A stretch of DNA of 63,904 bases, filler included, from Octopus bimaculoides (Eukaryota): assembly GCF_001194135.2 (NCBI RefSeq). It is 4 parts of 3 records of this genome, joined end to end, with 100 filler letters (N's around TTAATTAATTAA, not from the genome) between each part and the next. Parts side by side here need not be neighbours in the genome. Positions count along the whole stretch, not along the records: positions 41,220 to 62,383 come from NC_068982.1; positions 62,484 to 63,904 come from NC_068989.1; 2 more parts are not named here. One strand, written 5' to 3'. The position numbers were made by a program, and so were the translations under genes. Of the stretch, positions 55,401 through 63,904 are shown one piece after another. The notes under the pieces are model-generated. The model had not been told where the DNA came from. It did no database searches and saw only the letters and a list, made by a program, of their open reading frames with translations. The stretch's first letter is position 1. Each line of letters begins with the position of its first letter.

Positions 55401-57720
55401 TTGCTGTACTCTTTCATCACAACTTTCTCTCACTCTTACTTCCTGTTTCTGTTGTGCCTGTAGTTCAAAGGGTCAGCCTTGTCACACTGTGTCACGCTGA
55501 ATATCCCCGAGAGCTACGTTAAGGGTACACGTGTCTGTGGAGTGCTCAGCCACTTGCACGTTAATTTCACGAGCAGGCTGTTCCGTTGACCGGATCAACT
55601 GGAACCCTCGACGTCGTAAGCGATGGAGTGCCAACAACATATGCCATTATAATGCATCTGTGTATTTTTTATTTGTTTACATATCATTTACAACTTTACT
55701 TTTATTTAATTAAACTGTATATTTAATAAAAAAGAAACATATCCATTTTTGTAGCAATTTGCCCAAGATGGTTTGCGAACATTGTGCCTTGCTGCAAAAG
55801 AAATTGAACCTCATGTTTATGCTGACTGGAAGAAGCGACATCATGAAGCCAGGTATTTAGCTTTATTATAACAAATATATGGAAACAAACATACTGCATA
55901 TCAAGAAGTCACCGAACCTTTAAATTAGGTTGCGAGTTTAAGGAAAATGTTGCAAGTCACAGTAAGATTTCAAGTGAAGTAAATAAACTCTAAAAAATCT
56001 ATAATTTTCATTTATGAGGCATTATATTTCACCACAGATTTTATCCATAGATTATTTTTATACTTCTGCTTACATCTTTTCACTTCACCAATATGCACCA
56101 GCAAAAAATATATACATCATCATCATCGTTTAACGGCCGCTTTCCATGCTAGCATGGGTTGGACGATTTGACTGAGGACTGGCGAACCAGATGGTTGCAC
56201 TAGGCTCCAATATGATCTGGCAGAGTTTCTACAGCTGGATGCCCTTCCTAACACCAACCACTCTGAGAGTGTAGTGGGTACTTTTATGTGCCACCGGCAC
56301 AAAGGCCAGTCAGGTGGTACTGGCAATGGCCATGCTCAAAATGGTGTTTTTTACGTGCCACCTGCACGGGAGCCAGTCCAGTGGCACTGGCAATGACCTC
56401 GCTTGAATGTTTTTCACGTTCCACTGGCATAAGTGCNNNNNNNNNNNNNNNNNNNNNNNNNNNNNNNNNNNNNNNNNNNNNNNNNNNNNNNNNNNNNNNN
56501 NNNNNNNNNNNNNNNNNNNNNNNNNNNNNNNNNNNNNNNNNNCGGATGGTGCTGCTCCACTGGCACAGGTGCCAGTCATCGAATTTGGTTCAATTTCAAT
56601 TTCACTTGCCCCAACAGGTATTCACAAGCAGAGTTTAGTGTCCAATGAAGGAAGGTTGGCATGGGTGCCAGTCGTCGAATTTGGTTTGATTTCGAATTCG
56701 ATTTCGATTCCACTTGCCTCAACAGGTCTTCGCAAGCAGAGTTTTGTGTCCAAAGAAGGAAAGGTATGCATAAGTGGGCTGGCTACACCCCTGATAAAGG
56801 CCATGGGTTATGGTCTCATTTGTCTTGCCGGGTCTTCTCACGCACAACATATTCCCAAAGGTCTTGGTCATTAGTCATTGCCTCGGTGAAGCCTAATGTT
56901 CGAAGGTTGTGCTTCACCAACTCATCCCAGGTTTTCCTCGGTCTACCTCTTCCACAGGTTCCCTTAACAGCAAGGGTGTGACACTTTTTCATCCATTCTC
57001 ACCACATGACCATACCAGCGTAATCGTCTCTCTTGCACACCACAACTGATGCTTCTTAGGTCCAACTTTTCTCTCAAGGTACTTACACTCTGTCTAGTAT
57101 GCACACTGACATTACACATCCATCGGAGCATACTGGCTTCATTTCTTGTGAGCTTACACATGTCCTCAGTAGTCACGGCCCATGTTTCACTGCCATGTAG
57201 CATGCCTGTTCATACACATGTGTCATACAGTCTGCCTTTTACTCTGAATGAGAGGCCCTTTGTCACCAGCAGAGGTAAGAGCTCTCTGAACTTTGTCCAG
57301 GCTATTCTTATTCTAGCAGCTACACTTTCAGCGCACCCTCCCCCATTACTGACTTGGTCACCTAGGTAATGGAAGCCATCAACTACTTCTAGTTTTTCTC
57401 CTTGGAATGCGGCAGAAGTTGTTCTCTGCACATTTTCAGTGTTTATTGCTCCTGAGCATCTGTCACATACAAAAACTATCTTCCCAGTTAGCCATCTTTT
57501 GATATTGCTGCACCTCTTATGTGTCCATAGCTTACACTGGGTACATCTTATAGAGCTTCTATCTATGCCTTTTCTACAGATTGAGCAAGGCCTTCTACTT
57601 GAAGGGGTTTGTGGTTTGTCTACCTTCCTACTTATTAGGACTTAGGTTTTAGCTAGGTTGACTCTAAGGCCTTTCGATTCTAATCCTTGCTTCCACACCT
57701 GAAACATGCATATATTATAT

Positions 57721-57818
<98 letters not shown>

Positions 57819-60800
57819 CCATCCATCCACACATTAGTTTCTATCAAATTTCTTTCATAAAATATCTGGTTGATGCAAGAATAATTACTATTCCTGTAAT
57901 CAATAACATTTGCCTGCATCTTTCTAATCTTGTTGATTGTTTCTGTGTTCTCGGTAGTATTTCACTGGAGAATCGTGATGACAAGTTGAATAACTTATTT
58001 GAAGAAATAGAGAAAAACCTCACTCTACTTGGTGCTACAGCCATTGAAGACAAACTCCAGGATGGTGTTCCAGAAACAATAGCCAATTTGGCATTAGCAG
58101 GGATCAAAATCTGGGTACTAACTGGAGACAAACAAGGTACATTCCACAATTCTTTAAGTTTTGAAATGGTTGTAAGTGTAATTGTAATCATCATCATCAT
58201 TTAATGTTCACTTTTCCATGCTTCTGTGGGTCAGATAGAATTTATTGAAGCAGATTTTGTATAACCAGATGCCCAAGCAAAGTAGTCATTTTAGAAATTG
58301 TGAACTGGTAGTGAAAGATAGTGATGGAAGAGCTACTTAAGAAAGATATGTAGTTAAGTGATCTGATAATATGAGGTCTCTTAAATAGTATCATGCAAGT
58401 TCGAGTTGCCTTTATTGTGAGTTTGTCAAGCTCATGCCAGCATAAAAGAACTGACATTAAAATTTAATTAAGGTTGTGGTATCCATTTATCTGTTTCAGG
58501 AAAGAAAAAAAAGAAGGTAATGTAGACCATCAATTTATTGATGTTAATATTTGAAAGGATATTCTACTGCTGAGTTTAATTGTTATTGGTATATTCAAAT
58601 CTTGAAATTAGCAGATAATCTTCATACAAATATTAAAAAAAAAAACAGATTTTGGAACTAAAGGTTGATATTTTTACATCATCATTACAAATGACCTTTA
58701 TAACCAACAACCATTTCTTTTGCTTTTTTGCTGGCTTCAGTCTTTGGAATATAATCATAATGGAGCATTCCCTTGAAGGGCGTTTAACTCATTGCATTGA
58801 TCCCAGTACTTTGTCTGCTCCTTCATTAATCTTCATCTATTGAATGGCTAAGTAAATGTTTATTTCTGTGTGTCTTCACATGACATCATTTTAGCAATTT
58901 GCAAGTGGTTGAACATATTAGATTAAGCTTATCTTACATCTGTTCCTATCCCTCTTATCATTTGGCTTAATACTACAGCCTGTTAATACTACAGCCTTCT
59001 CAGTCAAAGGATCTTGTCTTGCAAGTTACTTGGTGACCTTACTAATGCTGGTACCATGTAAAAACGCATCCAGTACATTCTGTAAAGTGGCTGGCATTAA
59101 GAAAGGTACCCAGACAGCCAAAGTAGACTTTGGGGCTTGGTGCAGTCCTCTGGCTTGCTCATTCATCATTTTCTACTATCTCCACTTGTACTAGAATGAG
59201 GTAGTTGCCTCCATAGTATGAATTTATGTTATTGGATATCCCTTATGTTAGTTTCATCAGTCACTCTCTTCTGTGTTGGCTTAGGGCATTTTGGGAGAGG
59301 GTATTTATTTTGGAGTTTTCTTTCTCCTAGATTGATTGCTTTCACCCCAACTAAGGAAATCGATCTATGCTTACAAAAACCTATTTAACCCATAGATGGG
59401 ACCTTAACAGGTCAGAGCAGACCTTAGAGTAATGGTAATTAAGGGGCGACTCCATGCTTGCTACAACTCTAGAACTCCTGAACTGGGACCTCACCACCGG
59501 ATGCAATTTAATGTCATACCCAGGCTTGCTGGCTCTTGTCTAACTTATCAGCATGGAAAACAGACATTAAATGGTGATGATATCTTTATTATTCTTATTA
59601 AACCATTATTATAGAATCTCACTGTTAATGTCAATTGCAGTATTCATTCTACTTTTTAGTTTTACTATTGAAACTATCTTTTTTGTAATAATACTGTTTC
59701 TATTTTTTTTTTCTCTGACATTCCAGAGACTGCAATTAATATTGGTTATTCCTGTAAGTTACTCACGGATGAAATGGAAGAAATATTCATTGTTGATGGA
59801 GAAGAATATGACGAGGTCCAAGATCAGCTGAAGAGATCTCTCCAGCACATAAATAACTACTGTCATGGCAGTAGCTGTTTTGGAAATGGTAATGTGTATG
59901 AGGACGTTGATGGTGCTACCTTTGGAAAAGAGATGGAACCTAACCAATATGCTCTGGTTATTAATGGTCACAGTTTGGTAAGTACTATTTAATATTTCTT
60001 CTTCTTCATCATTATTGTTTAATGTCTGTTTTCCATGCTGGCATAGGTTGGACTGTTTGACATGCAACTGCCCAGCCAGGGAGCTGTCCATTCTCCAATT
60101 GTCCATTGTGGCATGGTTTCTATGGCTGGATGTCCTTCCTAATACCAACCACTTTACAGAGTGTGCTGGGTGCTTTTTATGTGCCACCAGCTTGGGTGCA
60201 CTTTTGCAATACCAACACAAGTGCATTTTATGTGGCACCAGCACCTGTAAAGGACAAACCTGTATCTATGGATGACAGTGATTTTACTTAGTGTCTTCTC
60301 AAGTACAGCAAATTGCCACAACTCCCAGTCCCTTGTCATTTCTTCAGTGAGGCCCAATGTCCAAAGATCCTTTCTCACTACTTTGTCCCACATCTTCCTG
60401 GGTCAACCCCTTCCACAGGTTCCCTTCACAATTAGAACTCGGCACTTCTGTCCACATCCATACACATCACATGATCACCACATTGAGTGTGCTAATTCTA
60501 AGGGTGTGGAAGGTGTGGGCTGGTGGGGGGGGGGCACAGGAATGGGGATCATTATTATAATTTGTATTTTAGATTAACATACTAAAAATTTTTTTATGAT
60601 AATGATAATATTTGCTTCAATGGAAGACTTGTTATAAGAAAAAAATAATTTCGTTTAATTATTTAATATTTTGTTTAAGATTCATGCTCTTGAGAAAAGT
60701 ATGGAATCATTGCTTTTGGAAGTTGGCTGTCTCTGCAAAGCTGTGATTTGCTGTCGTGTAACACCACTTCAGAAAGCTCGTGTAGTTGATTTGGTGAAAC

Positions 60801-60863
60801 GCAACAAAAAGTCTGTTACTCTTGCAATTGGAGATGGTGCTAATGATGTCAGTATGATTAAAA
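44678..60863 (+). CDS. ATP8B: P4-type ATPase (phospholipid flippase), ATP8B subfamily; partial gene model of 12 exons, 5' and 3' exons not found in window
   Basis: Hand-spliced exons give one uninterrupted frame (1914 nt, about 637 codons) with [21 protein letters not shown] (P4 PISL), [101 protein letters not shown]. All junctions are GT-AG and phases match. [15 protein letters not shown] and QAQSPDE resemble ATP8B-class proteins. Confidence 0.95.
45849..46084 (+). CDS. ATP8B: ATP8B-like exon B (TM3-TM4): [20 protein letters not shown]...[19 protein letters not shown]
   Basis: ctttatag| acceptor, AG|gtaggt donor; PISL motif; ends phase 2. Confidence 0.95.
47270..47333. repeat. 17-bp minisatellite (CTTTCTGAACATTGTTA), about 3.8 copies
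   Basis: Direct reading. Confidence 0.9.
47463..47685 (+). mobile_element. SINE family B copy upstream of DKTGT exon
   Basis: Match to 35757-35985 with CpG-to-TpG changes. Confidence 0.8.
47980..48142 (+). CDS. ATP8B: ATP8B-like exon C (phosphorylation site): VEMIRFAHS...[24 protein letters not shown]
   Basis: Poly-T tract + cag| acceptor, CAG|gtgagt donor; DKTGT at 48119-48133. Confidence 0.97.
48331..48545 (-). mobile_element. SINE family B copy with perfect 18-bp target-site duplication
   Basis: Reverse complement of family B; CTTTTATAGTCAAATATT at 48313-48330 and 48546-48563. Confidence 0.85.
49072..49161 (+). CDS. ATP8B: ATP8B-like exon D: [30 protein letters not shown]
   Basis: ttattag| acceptor, GAG|gtaagt donor; continues TLTQ-NIMTF. 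Confidence 0.9.
49556..49592 (-). ncRNA. Minimal hammerhead-like motif (PLE terminus) in ATP8B intron, antisense
   Basis: Minus strand UCUUU-CUGUUGA-A-GAGC(GUA)GCUC-GAAAC-GUC-AAAGA; perfect 5-bp stem I, 4-bp stem II, palindromic ACGU stem III, A6U core change. Confidence 0.55.
49967..50132 (+). CDS. ATP8B: ATP8B-like exon E: [30 protein letters not shown]...[18 protein letters not shown]
   Basis: ttccag| acceptor, G|gttagt donor; [14 protein letters not shown] is a conserved N-domain motif. Confidence 0.92.
52101..52177 (+). CDS. ATP8B: ATP8B-like exon F: [26 protein letters not shown]
   Basis: tttgttag| acceptor, ACG|gtaaat donor; SPDE motif. Confidence 0.93.
54216..54535 (+). mobile_element. 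tRNA-derived SINE family C
   Basis: GGTGCATGGCTCAGTGGTTAGAGC (A-box) ...GGTTGATTCCC (B-box-like), then a conserved body. Confidence 0.75.
54773..54874 (+). CDS. ATP8B: ATP8B-like exon G: [34 protein letters not shown]
   Basis: Poly-T ag| acceptor, TCT|gtaagt donor. Confidence 0.94.
55167..55286 (+). CDS. ATP8B: ATP8B-like exon H: [40 protein letters not shown]
   Basis: ctgcag| acceptor, AAT|gtaagt donor; CKGAD nucleotide-binding motif. Confidence 0.94.
55325..55640 (+). mobile_element. CpG-retaining interspersed repeat (probable retroelement 3' end) in intron
   Basis: GC-rich, CpG-rich island ending GGAGTGCCAACAAC inside an otherwise CpG-poor intron; family assignment from memory only. Confidence 0.45.
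55755..55852 (+). CDS. ATP8B: ATP8B-like exon I: [33 protein letters not shown]
   Basis: tttgtag| acceptor, AG|gtattt donor; GLRTL motif. Confidence 0.93.
56115..57705 (-). mobile_element. 5'-truncated RTE-clade LINE in ATP8B intron (antisense), spanning a gap
   Basis: [64 protein letters not shown]...[13 protein letters not shown]; long 3' UTR and (GAT)n tail. Confidence 0.88.
57958..58136 (+). CDS. ATP8B: ATP8B-like exon J: [10 protein letters not shown]...[37 protein letters not shown]
   Basis: cggtag| acceptor, G|gtacat donor; [10 protein letters not shown] and TGDK motifs. Confidence 0.95.
59727..59977 (+). CDS. ATP8B: ATP8B-like exon K: [17 protein letters not shown]...[11 protein letters not shown]
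   Basis: ttccag| acceptor, TTG|gtaagt donor; TAINIGYSC and LVINGHSL motifs. Confidence 0.95.
60008..60440 (-). mobile_element. RTE 3'-end fragment or RTE-tailed SINE
   Basis: Same 3' end as 56115-56440, plus [27 protein letters not shown]. Shorter related tails near 41860, 46780, 53540, 58190 and 61495; opposite orientation at 59040-59580. Confidence 0.7.
60680..60863 (+). CDS. ATP8B: ATP8B-like exon L: [61 protein letters not shown]
   Basis: tttaag| acceptor, A|gtaagt donor; GDGAND motif; ends phase 1. Confidence 0.96.
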
Positions 60864-62383
60864 GTAAGTTATAACTTATATATCCTCAATTTGTTACATC
60901 TCAATTTACAATGGCTCTCAAAAATCTTTTTATCATTTCTAAATATTTAAATGTATGTTGAATATATATTTCTGCTTGCGATCATTTTATGATTTTACTT
61001 CTTTCTGTAATTGGACTGCAGTTATGTTGGGGTACCACTTTGAAGGGTAAAGCCATACTCTAGTACCCAGTTCTATTTCTCTAAGTCTGGTACTTACTCA
61101 ATTGTTCTCTTTTGTTGAATCATTAAGTTACAGGGATTTAAATATACTGACATTGGTTGTCAATTGGTGGTGGTGGAGACAAGCACAAAGACCACACACA
61201 CGACAGGCTTCCACACAGTTTCCCCTCTACCAAATTCACTCAGAAGGCATTGCTCAGCTTGAGGCTATAGTAAAAGACACCCCATGTATCATGTAGCAGG
61301 ACTGAACCTGAAATGACATGGCTGCAAAGCCAGCTTCTTAACCACACAATCATGCCTTATACCTATAAAAAAATTACTTGCCAGAATTGGGATTAAAATG
61401 TTTTTGTAATTTTAGGTATTTTCATTAATTTTATAACTTTGGAAGTGGTTATTGAACTAGGTCATATATATATCATCATCACCACCTCCACCATCATCAT
61501 TATCATCATCAATAAATATCCATGTTCCATGCTTACGTGGGTTGGATCGTTTGACAAGGATCTGATGAGTCCAAGGATGGCATTGTGCTCCAGTGTCTGC
61601 TTTGGCATAGTTTCTATGGCTGGATGCGCTTTCTAATCTCAGTCACTTTACAGTGTGTACTTGGTGTTTTTTTTCATGCCAGCAGCACTGTTGAGGTCAC
61701 TATATAGTTTGCAAGTTTACTAACCTGAGGTGGGGTTGCTGTGTCCTTATGTTAACAAGAGGTTAAGATATGAGGGAAGAGGTTGTGGTAGACCAGTTTT
61801 TGTTGTAGAGGAGCTAAACAGCTATTCACATTTAGGGGAGAGAGAGAGAGAATTGATAGTGTCTTCCAGGAGATAGATAGTAGTGATGAGGCGTCCAGGT
61901 GACACCTCAAGTAGGAGTAGTATTAGTGAATGGGGATTTGCAAGAGTGTATGAGTGAAGTGGGAGAGAGGGAAGGTAGGTAGGCAACATCTGTAAAGTTT
62001 GGAAATTGTTGAAATGAGGCATGCACAAGTGAGGGGAAGCTAGAAGGTGCTAGCAGCAGGCTAGTAATAATGATACTGTTGATGGGGGAGAAAAGAGAAG
62101 AATCTGTTTGGCTAGATTGCAGAAGCAGAATAGAGAGATAGACAAATGTAATGCATGAGAAGAGATAATTTGGTGGTCCATGGAGAGGATGGCCACTGTA
62201 ACATGTGGGTGTGGGGAATAATATCAGTAACTGAAAAATGGCTAACAAGTGGGATGGATCTGGCTAGCAGGAGAAAAAAGTGATATCAGGAGTGTGGAAG
62301 AGCTGCAATGAGGGAGGTGTAGGTGGGAGGGGGAGATCAATATGAGGCGTTGATTGACTGGGGTACTTATATATATATATATA

Positions 62384-62483
62384 NNNNNNNNNNNNNNNNN
62401 NNNNNNNNNNNNNNNNNNNNNNNNNNNTTAATTAATTAANNNNNNNNNNNNNNNNNNNNNNNNNNNNNNNNNNNNNNNNNNNN
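62384..62483. other. Artificial scaffold linker 44N-TTAATTAATTAA-44N
   Basis: Exactly 100 bp, same design. Confidence 0.9.
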
Positions 62484-62842
62484 TTATGCCTTTCCCTCCG
62501 GTTTTTTGTTCTATGTGTGCCATAAATATCGCCATCCGTTTAGAGAAAAATTTGTAGTTTAGAATCAGTAGTTCTTTGACTGCTATTTCTAAATTTTCAG
62601 TATGTTGGAGAAGCAACTCAATGCTAATCCCTGTATATTTATGATGATAAATGGTTTTACCGATAAAGGTTTTTTTCATACTGAACTACTTGGCAAAATT
62701 GTTAATTGTTAATTCTATTATTAATTGACGATTCCCTGCCCTTATTCTTGTATATATAGATAGATAGATAGATAGATAAAGTTTGTTATTCTAGAAAAAC
62801 ATAAACACAGAGAAGAAGCACATTCTACGGGGTAGAGCAGTC

Positions 62843-62964
62843 TATATCCATTACTGGTGAAGGCCTATTTATAGGGTCACCTAGGGTTTCTCGTCATAAA
62901 GATACTCTCTATGTCGAGAAACCGAGGGTAACCCTATAAAAAGACCTTCAACAATAATATATAT
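62843..62964. repeat. About 120-bp foldback (imperfect hairpin) element
   Basis: GAAGGCCTATTTATAGGGTCACCTAGGGTTTCTCG pairs with CGAGAAACCGAGGGTAACCCTATAAAAAGACCTTC; about 10-nt loop. Confidence 0.75.
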
Positions 62965-63372
62965 ATATTCTTTTATTCTTTAGTTCTTTTACTTGTTTTA
63001 GTCATTTGACTGCGGCCATGCTGGAGCACCGCCTTTAGTCGACCAAATCGACCCCCGAGACTTATTCTTTGCAAGCCTAGTACTTATTCAATCGGTTTAT
63101 TTTGCAGAACCGCTAAGTTCCGGGGACGTAAACGCACCAGCAACGGTTAAGTGATGTTGGGGCGGGGGGGGGGCAGAGACACACAGACATACACACACAC
63201 ACATACATACAGGCATATACACACCCACCCACACACACACATATATATATATACGACGGGCTTCTTTGAGATACCGTCTACTTTTGTCACGAGGCTATAG
63301 TAGAAGACACTGGCCCAAGGTGCCAATGTGGCTGGAAAGCAAACTACTTACCACACAGCCACTCCTGCGCCT
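62965..63372 (-). mobile_element. SINE family A copy (CpG-retaining)
   Basis: GACTGCGGCCATGCTGGAGCACCGCC...ACGACGGGCTTC...CCACACAGCCACTCCTGCGCC. Confidence 0.8.
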
Positions 63373-63904
63373 ATGTATATAGAAAATTGTATACATACAT
63401 ATTTATTCACATATTTATATATCTATATATACACACACACAAATGTTCATGCATATATATGTGTGTATATAAATACATGTATGTGTATTTGTACACACAC
63501 ATACACACAAACATTCATTCATACATTCATACATACACAGACATACACACTCCTCCCAGTACAGAATTCCCAGCTAAAAGTTCCAGGATACAGAAGAAAA
63601 CACCACACCCATCCACCCCAATTACGTCATCAGCAATAACGACACTAGCACCACCATCCCAATTATACTGCAGCACATGTGACCTCATCTCACCAACAGA
63701 AACAAACTCACACACATACAGAATATATATCCACATGTTGGACACACATTCATATACACACTCTTGTATACTCGTACAAACATATATATACATTCATACA
63801 CCTATATATATATATATATATACACGCATACATATCGATATATATATACATACAAATATTCTGCATATATACTATGTATATGTATGTATATGCCAATATA
63901 TATA

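Noticed and set aside
61780-62340. Purine-rich stretch and 113-aa minus ORF; also 43140-43480 as CR1/L2-like debris and 32560-33050 as PLE-like debris
   Set aside because: Only faint motif resemblance; too degenerate to assign without a profile search.

Overview
This is eukaryotic, very repeat- and microsatellite-rich genomic DNA with N gaps. The repeat families look like those of a coleoid cephalopod, probably Octopus (inference from repeat sequence, not a database match). The only host gene I can support is a + strand P4-type ATPase (phospholipid flippase, ATP8B subfamily). Twelve GT-AG exons (44678-60863, 1914 nt, phases mutually consistent) run from the end of the A-domain through TM3-4, DKTGT, the N-domain and GDGAND. 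I did not find its 5' and 3' exons in the window. The gene sits in a CpG-depleted block bounded by artificial 100-bp linkers (44N-TTAATTAATTAA-44N). The rest is transposon debris: RTE/RTEX LINEs, an R4/Dong-like LINE, Penelope-like elements (PLEs), mariners, MITEs and three tRNA-derived SINE families. The most interesting hidden signal is a set of type I hammerhead-ribozyme folds in PLE termini. Four are arranged as two divergent inverted pairs (13.3-14.0 kb and 15.8-16.85 kb) and one minimal copy lies antisense in a flippase intron. Also notable are inverted repeat pairs bracketing two flippase exons. Most ORF-track entries are microsatellite or gap artefacts.
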